Assembly: GCA_965230945.1 (NCBI GenBank)
Contig: OZ246397.1
Location: 239,701 to 303,700, forward strand
DNA: 64,000 nt
Reading direction: 5' to 3'
Source: an uncultured Gammaproteobacteria bacterium
GTDB taxonomy: Bacteria; Patescibacteriota; Microgenomatia; PFEM01; JAPLYW01
Below are positions 49,001 through 57,767 of this stretch, in pieces. Each line of letters starts with the position of its first letter. The first letter of the stretch is position 1. The translations under genes and the position numbers were made by a program. The notes below the pieces were generated by a model. The model was given only the letters and a program-made list of their open reading frames with translations, searched no databases and was not told the origin of the DNA.

Positions 49001-49746
49001 TGATCCTCTGTTAATAAAGCTAATTCTTTAACCGCCCTAACAAAATCTATTAAATTTTTGTATTCTCCTTCTAACTTTTCTTGCTCTATAACAAACTCGT
49101 CTCTTAAACCCTGAATTTTCTGTTTAGCTCTAAGTTTAATTTCTTCTAAAGCTAAGGTTTGCTGCTCTTTGTTTTTAATTTTTTTGATTGTTTCTTTTTC
49201 TTCTTTTTTGCCATCTTTCTCAATCAACTTGATATCAGATTCGAGTTCGTCTTTTAAAGTTTTCTTTTGTTTTCCTAAACCTTCTTCCAGAATCCTCAAG
49301 GCTTTCTTTTTCTTTTCCTGGTCAATATTAGTTACTAAATATTTAGCAAAATAAATTATAGATTCTAAATCTCGAGGAGAAATATTTAAAAGTAAAGATA
49401 GTTTTGAAGGACTACTCTTAAAGTACCAAATATGGACTACTGGAGAGGCTAAGGTAATATGACCCATTCGTTCACGCCTTACTCGTGATTGAGTAACCTC
49501 AACACCACAGCGATCACAAACAATACCTCGATAACGGATCTTCTTATATTTTCCACAATAACATTCCCAATCTTTACTGGGTCCAAAAATCTTTTCGCAA
49601 AAAAGACCATCCTTTTCCGTCTTTAAGGTACGGTAATTAATTGTCTCTGGCTTGGTAACCTCACCATGAGACCAAGATTTAATTGTTTCCGGAGAGGCTA
49701 ACTTAATCTTTAATCTAGAAAAATCGACCATTTTCTTATTGTCCAT
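46045..49746 (-). CDS. rpoC: DNA-directed RNA polymerase subunit beta'
   Basis: Zn-binding CxxC..CxxC N-terminus and NADFDGD catalytic motif; 1233 aa. Confidence 0.97.
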   Translation of the reverse strand: MDNKKMVDFSRLKIKLASPETIKSWSHGEVTKPETINYRTLKTEKDGLFCEKIFGPSKDWECYCGKYKKIRYRGIVCDRCGVEVTQSRVRRERMGHITLASPVVHIWYFKSSPSKLSLLLNISPRDLESIIYFAKYLVTNIDQEKKKKALRILEEGLGKQKKTLKDELESDIKLIEKDGKKEEKETIKKIKNKEQQTLALEEIKLRAKQKIQGLRDEFVIEQEKLEGEYKNLIDFVRAVKELALLTEDQYFKLVSYKVASFLKFGMGAGVVLEAIKSLDLKKLLVELRKEVKESVGARHIKATKRLSLIEEMIRAEVDPSWAVLRILPVIPPDLRPMVQLSGGRFATSDLNDLYRRVINRNNRLKHLIDLGAPEIILRNEKRMLQEAVDSLIDVSKSPVKHLRRRAQPFRCLSDILRGKQGRFRQNLLGKRVDYSGRSVIVVGPELKITQCGLPKEMALEMFKPFVLRELILTGVAPNVKSAKYILEHRPPEVYDILEKITKDHLVLLNRAPTLHKLGIQAFYPLLVEGNSIKLHPCVCKGFNADFDGDQMAVHVPLGRKSQEEAAKYLRADHNLLKPADGSPIAIPDKEMALGCYFLTSIDSKQESYQTIFANSKEAILAYQENKMRLRQLIKARIEGKIIETTVGRVLFNEILPKEIPFVNDDVRQRTVQALVTRAIQICDEQRIVKLIDDLKDIGFKYSTQSGISAGIFDCVVYPSKDNIIKESNEKANQLEKNFLEGLITQEEKRRLVKEIWLDTAEEVTDLTWKEFEPGNSIRLIIDAGLGRTSRDQIKQLSAMQGLVVDPLGKIVELPIKSNFREGLSVFEYVTSARGSRKGLTDTALKTADAGYLTRRLVDAVHDILLREEDCKTKNGIVISRQKDVRRADKFFDRVKGKVLAESVVDSKTKKVLLKRGELITDQNAGILERHHILEVKVRSPLTCESRYGLCVQCYGWDQSNKAKAEVGTPVGVLAAQSIGEPGTQLTLKTKHFGGIVVSDVTQGLPRVEEIFEARLPKVVSPLAEISGKVSVVETDDGHKVKIKSVGVKPIEEREYLIPAVSKLNVKDGQLIAAGDRISFGALDIKDVLQVKGVQAAQEYLIDELQEVYGSQGIPIHDKHFEVIVRRMSDKVKVESTGDTTLLAGEFVSKVRFEEENARVLAEGGEPATAKIVILGLTKVSLYTDSWLSAASFQETTNVLTSASLEGKEDKLMGLKENVIIGRLIPVTPERLKD

Positions 49747-52700
49747 CCTTCTCCTTTTTATTAGCTTCTTTCTTACTGTCTTCTTTTTCTACTGGCTCTT
49801 TTACCTCTTCAATTTCTTCTTTCTTATCTACAACCTCAATCGTGCCAACCGGCAATATATCAAGACATAAACTGTTTAATTCTTTGATTAAAACCTTAAA
49901 TGATTCAGGTACAGTAGAATCAGCAATCTCTGAACCTTTAACAATTGATTCAAAAGCCTTAGCGCGGCCAACGACATCATCACTTTTAATGGTCAGCATT
50001 TCCTGTAAAGTATGAGCAGCTCGATGAGCTTCTAATGCCCAAACTTCCATTTCTCCTAAACGTTGACCACCCATTTGAGCTTTTCCTCCCAAAGGTTGCT
50101 GGGTAACTAAGGAATAAGGGCCAGTAGAACGCGCATGAACTTTATCTTCAACCATATGTACTAATTTAAGAATATAACTAATACCCACCACCGTTTTCAT
50201 TTCATATCCCTCTCCGGTACAACCATCACGCAAAACTGTCTTGCCATCTTCAGGAAGATTAGCTCTTTTAAGTTCCTCAACAATTTTATCTTCCTCAACC
50301 TTACTGAAAACTGGAGCGGCTACTTTATAACCTAATTTATCGGCTGCCCAACCTAAATGGGCTTCAAATAACTGACCTAAATTCATTCGCGATAAAACAG
50401 AAAGTGAAGAGATAATGATATCTACCGGTGTCCCGTCAGATAAAAAAGGCATATCTGCTTCAGGAACAATCTTAGAAATAACCCCCTTGTTTCCATGACG
50501 ACCAGCTACTTTATCACCAACGGTCACCTTACGTATCTGAGCTACTCTAACAGTTACCTTTTTAAGAGTCCCTGCTTCTAGTTCATCTCCTTTTTCTCGA
50601 TCTAAAATCTGAACATCAATAACAGTTCCACCTTCTCCATGGGGAATTCGCAAAGAAGTATCCTTAACCTCTCTTGCTTTTTCACCAAAAATGGCACGCA
50701 ATAATCTTTCTTCAGCTGTTAGCTCTGTCTCTCCCTTAGGGGCAATTTTCCCAACCAAAATATCGTTAGGACCCACTTCACTACCAACAATAACAATACC
50801 GTCTTCGGCCAAATTAGCTAAGTCTGACTCACTAACATTAGGAATATCTCGTGTTAATTCCTCTGGACCTAGCTTAGTCTCTAACACCGAAATGTCATAT
50901 TCTTCAATATTAATTGAAGTTAAAACATCTTCCTTAAAAAGTTTATCAGAAACGACGATAGCATCTTCATACTCCAAACCATGATGAGAACAATAAGCAA
51001 TAATTAAGTTACGTCCTAAAGATAATTCACCTTGATCACAAGAAGGACCATCAATTAAAAGATCACCTTTTTTGACAATGTCTCCTGTTTTCACTGCCGG
51101 ACACTGTGAATAACAAGTACCATTGGGATTGGTTTTTTTGAACTTATATATAAAATAGGTTTCTTCATTACCCTTGGTCCTAATCTTTTCAGTATCTGGC
51201 AATCTATCTTTTCTACCCTTAACTTTTAAAATTACCTTCTGAGCATCTACATAGCTTACTTTACCATCGTGGCGTGCCTTAACTACCCGCTCCATAGCCT
51301 CAGCCACCGTCTTTTCCATGCCTGTTCCTATAATAGGAGACTCCGGTTTTACTAAAGGTACTGCTTGACATTCCATGTGAGTTCCCATTAAAGCACGCGC
51401 TGGCATATCATGGGCTAAAAAGGGAATCAAAGAGGCTGAAGTGCCGACTACTTCGGAGGGATTAATCTCAATTAAATCCACTTTTTCAACAGAGACTTCT
51501 AAAAGTTCTCCTTGAAATTTAACCGGTACCCATGAATCAATAATAAAGCCTTTGTCATCAATACTAACACCGGCATGAGTAATATGATAATTTTGTTCAT
51601 CATCAGCCGAAAGATAAACTACCTGATCAGTAATTCTCATCTTGGCTTTATTGCCTTCCTTAATCTTTTCTACCTTAAAGTAAGGAGCTTCCAAAAAGCC
51701 ATATTTATTAACCTTAGCATACAAACTCAGATAAGTTACCAAACCAATATTGGGACCCTCTGGGGAACGAACTGGACAGATACGTCCATATTGAGAAAAA
51801 TGAATATCTCTAATAGAGAAAGAAGCCCTCTCGCGGGTAATGCCCCCAACTCCCATAACGGAAATCCTTCTTAAGTTATCTAATTCAGATAGGGGGTTAG
51901 TCTGATCTAAAATGGTAGAAAGCTGGTTGCTGCGAAAAAATTCATTAATAGAAGCTACCAATAATCTAGCGTTAATCAAACGAGAAGCAGAAATTTCTTC
52001 TCCAGCAGGAACAAGACTCATTTTTTCTTTAATAGCTTTTTCTAGTCTTAAAAAACCGACCCTAAAAGGTCCTTCCACTAACTGTTCTCCTAATCTTCTT
52101 ATTCTTCTGTTAGAGAGATGGTCTATATCATCAATATCACCTTCGCCGTTTTGGAGCCTAATGAGGTATTTAACAGTCCTTACAAGATCCTCTTGACTTA
52201 AAACCCAATTTTCAGCTTTGTTAGAAATTTGTGAGCCTAAACGCTTGTTAATTTTAAAGCGCCCTATCCTACCTAGATTGTAGCGCCTTAGATTAAAAAA
52301 CATATTATCAATTAATTCTTGAGCATTTCCCAAAATGACTGGCTCTCCTGGCCTTAGTTTTTGATAAAATTCAACTAAAGCTTCTTGTTTGTCCTTAGCC
52401 TGATCTTTAGACAAGGTGGCTAATAAAAATTTAGAGGCTTTTTTATCATCACTAAAAGTCTCTAACATTTCTTCATCGGTAGAAAGACCAAAAACCCGTA
52501 ACAAAGTAGTTACGGGAAATTTACGCCGACGGTCAATTCTGACATTTATCACGTCATTGCGATTAACCATAAATTCCAGCCAAGAACCATGAAGTGGCCT
52601 TATGTCAGCACTATAAAGCATGCGCCCGCTGGTACTATCAACCTCGCCAGAGAAGAAAACACCTGGAGAACGAATCAATTGACTGACAATGGTCCTTTCC

Positions 52701-53077
52701 ACTCCGTTGATAATAAAAGTCCCCACTTCAGTCATATGGGGAATATCACCCAAGAAAACCTTTTGCTTGCTTTTCTTGCCAGTTCTTTTATTAATTAAGG
52801 TTGTTTCTACTTTTAACGGTCGATCATAAGTTAGATCCTTACTAAGGGCCTCTGTAACAGTGTGCCTTGTTTCTCCAAAAGCAGGATTTTTTAAATATAA
52901 CTCCCAGTTTTTACCAGTAAAGTCAACAAGTGGGGAAATTTCAGCAATAGCTTGCTTAATACCCTCACCAATAAACCACTGATAAGATTCTCGCTGAATA
53001 GCGAGTAGGTCAAGTGGCGATAAGCTTTTGTAAATTTTGCCCCAAAAGATCCGTTCAGTCTTCTTTGAAGGAATCAT
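49736..53077 (-). CDS. rpoB: DNA-directed RNA polymerase subunit beta
   Basis: 1113-1119 aa, conserved beta-subunit blocks. The track start at 53095 is TTG; an in-frame ATG at 53077 (MIPSKK...) is preferred. Confidence 0.95.
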   Translation of the reverse strand: MIPSKKTERIFWGKIYKSLSPLDLLAIQRESYQWFIGEGIKQAIAEISPLVDFTGKNWELYLKNPAFGETRHTVTEALSKDLTYDRPLKVETTLINKRTGKKSKQKVFLGDIPHMTEVGTFIINGVERTIVSQLIRSPGVFFSGEVDSTSGRMLYSADIRPLHGSWLEFMVNRNDVINVRIDRRRKFPVTTLLRVFGLSTDEEMLETFSDDKKASKFLLATLSKDQAKDKQEALVEFYQKLRPGEPVILGNAQELIDNMFFNLRRYNLGRIGRFKINKRLGSQISNKAENWVLSQEDLVRTVKYLIRLQNGEGDIDDIDHLSNRRIRRLGEQLVEGPFRVGFLRLEKAIKEKMSLVPAGEEISASRLINARLLVASINEFFRSNQLSTILDQTNPLSELDNLRRISVMGVGGITRERASFSIRDIHFSQYGRICPVRSPEGPNIGLVTYLSLYAKVNKYGFLEAPYFKVEKIKEGNKAKMRITDQVVYLSADDEQNYHITHAGVSIDDKGFIIDSWVPVKFQGELLEVSVEKVDLIEINPSEVVGTSASLIPFLAHDMPARALMGTHMECQAVPLVKPESPIIGTGMEKTVAEAMERVVKARHDGKVSYVDAQKVILKVKGRKDRLPDTEKIRTKGNEETYFIYKFKKTNPNGTCYSQCPAVKTGDIVKKGDLLIDGPSCDQGELSLGRNLIIAYCSHHGLEYEDAIVVSDKLFKEDVLTSINIEEYDISVLETKLGPEELTRDIPNVSESDLANLAEDGIVIVGSEVGPNDILVGKIAPKGETELTAEERLLRAIFGEKAREVKDTSLRIPHGEGGTVIDVQILDREKGDELEAGTLKKVTVRVAQIRKVTVGDKVAGRHGNKGVISKIVPEADMPFLSDGTPVDIIISSLSVLSRMNLGQLFEAHLGWAADKLGYKVAAPVFSKVEEDKIVEELKRANLPEDGKTVLRDGCTGEGYEMKTVVGISYILKLVHMVEDKVHARSTGPYSLVTQQPLGGKAQMGGQRLGEMEVWALEAHRAAHTLQEMLTIKSDDVVGRAKAFESIVKGSEIADSTVPESFKVLIKELNSLCLDILPVGTIEVVDKKEEIEEVKEPVEKEDSKKEANKKEKDGQ

Positions 53078-53098
53078 CAAATTTCCGGTCAACAATTA

Positions 53099-53115
53099 AG
53101 CGCGCTTTGCGCGCT
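53099..53115 (-). promoter_or_regulatory. Pure-GC hairpin AGCGCGC-uuu-GCGCGCU in the rpoB 5' leader
   Basis: Perfect 7-bp G/C stem in an otherwise AT-rich leader. It lies about 20 nt upstream of the rpoB ATG and downstream of the predicted promoter. Confidence 0.4.
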
Positions 53116-53138
53116 CAAATTTATAAGATTTAAGTTAA

Positions 53139-53168
53139 AATTAACATAAAAAATGAGGCTTGTCAACT
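53139..53168 (-). promoter_or_regulatory. Promoter for rpoBC: TTGACA-17-(TG)n-TAATTT, minus strand
   Basis: Minus-strand TTGACA at 53168-53163; TGtTAATTT extended -10 at 53147-53139. Confidence 0.5.
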
Positions 53169-53187
53169 GGAAAAACAACCTAAAGTT

Positions 53188-54279
53188 TTAATCTACAAGA
53201 TACTTTCTAATATTAACACTATGCTCCTCGTTAGTTTTAGCGTAATGCATCCTACCTCTCTTATCAGAAAGATAAAACCAGTAATCTGTCTGCCTGGGAT
53301 AAACTACAGCCTTAATTGAAGCTAAGCCTGGATTACAAATCGGTGTCGGTGGTAATCCCCCATATTTATAAGTATTATAAGGAGAATTAAGGGCCATATC
53401 TTTTTTACTAATTTGCGGCCACCAGTTCTGTTCTTTAGCTAGAGCATATTGAATGGTAGCATCAACTTGTAATGGCCAATCGTTTTGCCAACGTTTAATC
53501 AAAATACCAGCCACTATAACTCGATCCTGATCATACCTAGCTTCTCGTTCAACAAGAGAAGCCAAAATCAAAACCTGCTTTTTAGTTAAACCTGCCTTGG
53601 CGGCAACTCTCTCCAGTTCAATGTTAAATTTAGAAGAGAAATTATTTCTAAAAAGATTTAAAACAGCCGAAGCAGTTACCTCTTTAGGAATCAAATAGGT
53701 ATCAGGAAACAATTCTCCCTCCTGACCTTCAGTAAGCTGTAAAAAATCTCGAGAATTAAAATTATCCAAATTAGACGCCAATCTCTGGGTAAATTCTTCC
53801 CGACGCCAGCCCTCAGGAAAAGTTAACCAGATATCAGAAGTTCCATGAGTCAAAATATAGGCAATTTCTCCAGCAGACAAATTAGGACTTAAAGAAAAGC
53901 TACCTGCTTGAATCTTGGCAGACAACCCTTTAGATAAAATAAAGATTTTAAAAGCTAAGTCACTCTTAATTAAATTCGCTTCCTGTAAACGAACCGCTAT
54001 TGAAGAAAAGTTTTCCCCTTTTTTAATAACAAAAGTCTGAGAAAAGTCAGAAGAACTATTTAAGGGAGAAACCGCTCTCTGCCACCAAAAAAAACAAGCT
54101 ACAATAATAGCCAAAATAAGCAGGAGGGCAAGAAGCTTAAACCTCTTCAAAAAGGGCCCGGCGGTACTTTTTTGTTTTCCTATCATAAATAAAAATGCGG
54201 CCACACTTACAGGTAACCTTCTCTGTTTCGCCCTTCCTTTCTCTCTTACCTTTAATAAGTGATTTACCACAACCGACAC
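53188..54279 (-). CDS. mltG: Endolytic murein transglycosylase MltG (YceG-like)
   Basis: N-terminal TM, then the YceG domain (...GKIAPKG-like core). The track starts at GTG 54279; the true start is probably an internal codon near 54150-54186. Confidence 0.85.
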   Translation of the reverse strand: MSVVVNHLLKVREKGRAKQRRLPVSVAAFLFMIGKQKSTAGPFLKRFKLLALLLILAIIVACFFWWQRAVSPLNSSSDFSQTFVIKKGENFSSIAVRLQEANLIKSDLAFKIFILSKGLSAKIQAGSFSLSPNLSAGEIAYILTHGTSDIWLTFPEGWRREEFTQRLASNLDNFNSRDFLQLTEGQEGELFPDTYLIPKEVTASAVLNLFRNNFSSKFNIELERVAAKAGLTKKQVLILASLVEREARYDQDRVIVAGILIKRWQNDWPLQVDATIQYALAKEQNWWPQISKKDMALNSPYNTYKYGGLPPTPICNPGLASIKAVVYPRQTDYWFYLSDKRGRMHYAKTNEEHSVNIRKYLVD

Positions 54280-54334
54280 ATTGGCCTTTTGAAAGTAACC
54301 AAGCTTGAACTGGAGCGATAATATTTTTAAACAT
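54137..54334 (-). CDS. 65-aa zinc-ribbon protein (CxxC...CxC) between ruvX and mltG
   Basis: ATG at 54334 overlaps the ruvX stop by 8 nt. Protein has CVGCGK...CKCG. Its 3' end overlaps the 5' region assigned to mltG. Confidence 0.4.
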   Translation of the reverse strand: MFKNIIAPVQAWLLSKGQCVGCGKSLIKGKRERKGETEKVTCKCGRIFIYDRKTKKYRRALFEEV

Positions 54335-54728
54335 GACTGTTTTCTAAATACTTTTCTAAAATCAAAGCAGCTGCAAAGGCATCTTCCTTTTCTCTGCGGG
54401 CCTTTTTCTTAACCCCTGACGCTATCATTTTAGCAAGAGCGTCTTTACTCGTCAAGCTCTCATCTTGATAGACTAAAGGTAGGCTTGTAGCCTTAGCTAA
54501 GTTCTTACCAAAAACTTTTACTTCAGAAGCCACCTTACCCTCGGGAAGACCTAAAACAATTTTACCTACTCTTTTAACCTGGCAAATTTTCTTTAACTTA
54601 TCAACTATCTGCCATTGAGCTAAACATTTAACCATAATCACCCTTAAAGGAACAACTAACTTACTTTCTTCATCAGCTAAAGCTAAACCTATTTTGCTTA
54701 AGCCAAAATCAATTCCCAAAAAATTCAT
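54327..54728 (-). CDS. ruvX: Putative pre-16S rRNA nuclease / Holliday-junction resolvase-like YqgF
   Basis: MNFLGIDFGLSKIGLALAD... RNase H-like fold. Confidence 0.85.
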   Translation of the reverse strand: MNFLGIDFGLSKIGLALADEESKLVVPLRVIMVKCLAQWQIVDKLKKICQVKRVGKIVLGLPEGKVASEVKVFGKNLAKATSLPLVYQDESLTSKDALAKMIASGVKKKARREKEDAFAAALILEKYLENSHV

Positions 54729-54729
54729 C

Positions 54730-55422
54730 TTAAATTCTCGTCAGCTTGGCCTTAACTACCAAACGCCTTAAGTAAGTACCTGGAGGAACACAAGTAATTA
54801 AGCTTAAATATTCACTGTCATCATGCTGCTGCAAAACAGAAACATCATCTGGCAAAACCTCTTTTAAGCCAATAATTTGATAGCGATACAAGATACCATC
54901 AAAGTCAACAAAAATTTCATCACCTGTTTCCAAAGCAGGCAGGGTAGAGAAAATAGTTTTGTAGTTCTTAGGATTGAAGAATTGCGGTAAAACTGAGTGG
55001 CCAAAAATAACCGTATTCCCATATTGGCCAGGTAAGGAAGTTCCTGGATATTGGATTAAATTTTTCATCAAATCCTCGCCTCCAATATGAACAACTGCTT
55101 TTTCTATTTTCAATTTAGGAATAGAGATGGAATAATGAGTAATTCTACTTGACTTAAAAGGTAACTCTTTTGCTGTCGGAAACCAAGTATAGGGGCGACT
55201 GTAGTCAACCACAGTCGTATCTTCACCTAAAACCTTAACCGGAGAGATTAACTGAGATGCAAAACGACGGCTCTTAATTTTATAATCTACGATCGGCCAA
55301 AAGGCACTGAGTAAAATCACTGATCCCAAAAGAAAAATACCAAAGGAACAATACTTTAAAAGTTTTCCCTTTTTTAAATTTCTTACCTGGGGTTCTCTTT
55401 TAATATAACAATATCTGGTCAT
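54730..55422 (-). CDS. Sortase family transpeptidase (class E-like)
   Basis: N-terminal TM anchor, catalytic His (IFGHS), active-site LITC and downstream Arg. Confidence 0.75.
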   Translation of the reverse strand: MTRYCYIKREPQVRNLKKGKLLKYCSFGIFLLGSVILLSAFWPIVDYKIKSRRFASQLISPVKVLGEDTTVVDYSRPYTWFPTAKELPFKSSRITHYSISIPKLKIEKAVVHIGGEDLMKNLIQYPGTSLPGQYGNTVIFGHSVLPQFFNPKNYKTIFSTLPALETGDEIFVDFDGILYRYQIIGLKEVLPDDVSVLQQHDDSEYLSLITCVPPGTYLRRLVVKAKLTRI

Positions 55423-55424
55423 TC

Positions 55425-57767
55425 CTACCTGAGTTTAACTTCAATATTAATCTTTTTAACCATCCTTGGAAAAGTAGCAATTTTAGCTGGTAGATTAGGA
55501 GTAATTTGGGCTTCAAAAGACTCAACGTTGGGTAGATTGCTAAGATAGGTGTTGCCAATAGCAGGTTTTTTGCCTAATAAATTATTTTTAATCTGCTCTA
55601 GGTCAAACTTAGGCATAAGATCAGCTTTAAAATGAGCTGTAAAAGTAAAAATGCCGTCTTCAATATCTTCCAACTCAAAATTGGTTTCTGCTTGCTGAGG
55701 ATCATAACCAAAATCTGAAGGAACCAAAGCGGCAATTTCTTCCTTAATTAAACTCCCAAAATCATCTTCATTAAAAGTCAGTGCCGCCACCTTTAATTCT
55801 AACTTTAAGCTCAGTTCATTAACCTCTTCATTAAGTTTAGCTGAAAAAGTTTTTTCTAAAACTTCTAACTCTAATGATTCTTCCACTAGTTTATCTTTGC
55901 TACCTAATTCACTCCTTAACTGACCAATAGCTCCTTGTTTAAGTTCCTTTCTTAAGCCAGATAAAAGTTCATCCTGATCAGTTTCAGCCACTACCTGAAC
56001 TTCTCTGGCAGTTCCCCCACTAAAACTAGAAGCATTACTGGCAATAAAATCTGAACGGCTATAATTGGCAATAGAGAACTCCGAATTAGAAGCTAAATTT
56101 CCTTCACTACCAAATTCCACCGCTGTTACTGACACCACCGCTTTACCCGGAATTCCAAGGTAATCAGGCGGTCCTGAACTACTTTTTGAAGCAACCAAAA
56201 CATCTTCGTCTAGAGTAAAAAGCAAATCATCAGGTCCATAAATTTTAGCTCCTTCAGAAAAAGTTTTCTGCTGCGAAGTACGGTTGTAAATCGTTACCTC
56301 TCCGGTAGCTTTCTCTCCAATCAGTTTACTACCACTAGTTTCTCTTTCCTTTTCTCCAGATAAGGTCATCTCTATCTTTTGAGCTGGCAAAAGAAGTTTG
56401 TCTTTACCGATGACATCTAGTGAAGTAGCTAGCTTCACAGAAAAATCTCTTTCTAAAGACTGTGGTTTAACAAAAAGAACCACCGAAGCTTTGGGAAAAT
56501 ACCAATACAAAAGGGTCAAGGCAACCAAAACAATTAACAAAACACCTCCTGCTAAGCCTAAAACCAAACTCGTTCTACTACTAAAAGGATTCTTTATTGA
56601 AGAAAAAAAGCCTGAGAAATTAATTTTCTTAAACCAAGAAAAATTAAATGCAGGTAGTCGAAAAGTTCTTTTTGAGGGTTTTGCGGAATCTAAATCCACA
56701 CCCTTTTCTTCTTCGACAGCCGTCATCTCTATATGTTCTGAAGGGTAAGAGATCTCTTGCTTTTCTTCTTTAATATCTCTACCTCTAACAAAACCTAAAA
56801 CCGGCTGAGAAATAGGCAGGGTTTCTGGCTTTTTTTCTTCTACATCCTCTCCTTGTCTTTTTTTCTCTTCAACCACTTCTTGCTCAACCTCTATCTCCTC
56901 CTTCTCATTCTCCTCCTCAATCTCTCCCCCTGTCTCAGTTACTGGCTTTTCTTTCAGCCACTCTTCTTCTCCTCCCATATCTAAAAGCTCTATTCCTTTA
57001 ATATCAGCCATCTGAAAGGCACTAGCCAAAACAATGGCCTTGATATCAAAATCAGCTGACAAAATCTCTACTTTAGGTAAATGTAAAAAACTTACCTTTT
57101 CCTCTTGCCAGGGCCAATTAATCAACCCTTGCCTTACTCCTTCTAATTTTTCCTCACCATCGTAAAGTAAAATCCTCGCTGGGAAAGGAACTTCACGATT
57201 AAAACGAGATAAACCCTCTGCCAAATCAGCTCCAATATCACCACTTCTTACGACCAAGTTCGTCCCTATAATTTTACCTAAATCAACCAAGCTAACAGAT
57301 ATTTTTTTCTCGCTTAAACCCATTAAAACGGCTGTTGGAGGAACGCCTTCAATTTTCTTAAGCCAATGAACAACCCCTTCAGGAATAACAATAAAACCTA
57401 AAGGAGAAAGTTCAAATTTTTGAGAAATTTTTTTGAGAATTTCAATCTTCCCAGGGATAATTTTGTTTTCGTCAACCCAATCCGTAGAAACACCAAAGAT
57501 GATTTTCTTAGGTTCATCTGCTTTCTGTTGAGGAATAATCTTTTCTACCGCTGAAGACAAGGAGGAATCTATGACTTCTAAAAGTTTCTCCTCATTATCC
57601 CAATTAAAACTTTTACCTAGACTAACTAATTTGGCTTGATTATCTTCAATTGTCCAAATAGCGCTTTTGACCCGATCAATATTAATCTCTAGGGCAAAAA
57701 AATATTCTTTTTTTTCCGGTTCATTTTTCGATAAGTTGAGCATAGATTCTCCTCTGGCCTGCCCCAA
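55425..57767 (-). CDS. Large membrane protein: N-terminal FtsA/PilM-like actin-fold domain, acidic linker, single TM, ~360-aa extracytoplasmic domain
   Basis: FFALEINIDRV...GVSTDW...SVSLVDLGKIIGTNLVVRSGDIGADLAEGLS aligns with FtsA/PilM phosphate-1 and phosphate-2/adenosine motifs. TM LVLGLAGGVLLIVLVALTLLYWYF near residue 400. Confidence 0.5.
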   Translation of the reverse strand: MGQARGESMLNLSKNEPEKKEYFFALEINIDRVKSAIWTIEDNQAKLVSLGKSFNWDNEEKLLEVIDSSLSSAVEKIIPQQKADEPKKIIFGVSTDWVDENKIIPGKIEILKKISQKFELSPLGFIVIPEGVVHWLKKIEGVPPTAVLMGLSEKKISVSLVDLGKIIGTNLVVRSGDIGADLAEGLSRFNREVPFPARILLYDGEEKLEGVRQGLINWPWQEEKVSFLHLPKVEILSADFDIKAIVLASAFQMADIKGIELLDMGGEEEWLKEKPVTETGGEIEEENEKEEIEVEQEVVEEKKRQGEDVEEKKPETLPISQPVLGFVRGRDIKEEKQEISYPSEHIEMTAVEEEKGVDLDSAKPSKRTFRLPAFNFSWFKKINFSGFFSSIKNPFSSRTSLVLGLAGGVLLIVLVALTLLYWYFPKASVVLFVKPQSLERDFSVKLATSLDVIGKDKLLLPAQKIEMTLSGEKERETSGSKLIGEKATGEVTIYNRTSQQKTFSEGAKIYGPDDLLFTLDEDVLVASKSSSGPPDYLGIPGKAVVSVTAVEFGSEGNLASNSEFSIANYSRSDFIASNASSFSGGTAREVQVVAETDQDELLSGLRKELKQGAIGQLRSELGSKDKLVEESLELEVLEKTFSAKLNEEVNELSLKLELKVAALTFNEDDFGSLIKEEIAALVPSDFGYDPQQAETNFELEDIEDGIFTFTAHFKADLMPKFDLEQIKNNLLGKKPAIGNTYLSNLPNVESFEAQITPNLPAKIATFPRMVKKINIEVKLR

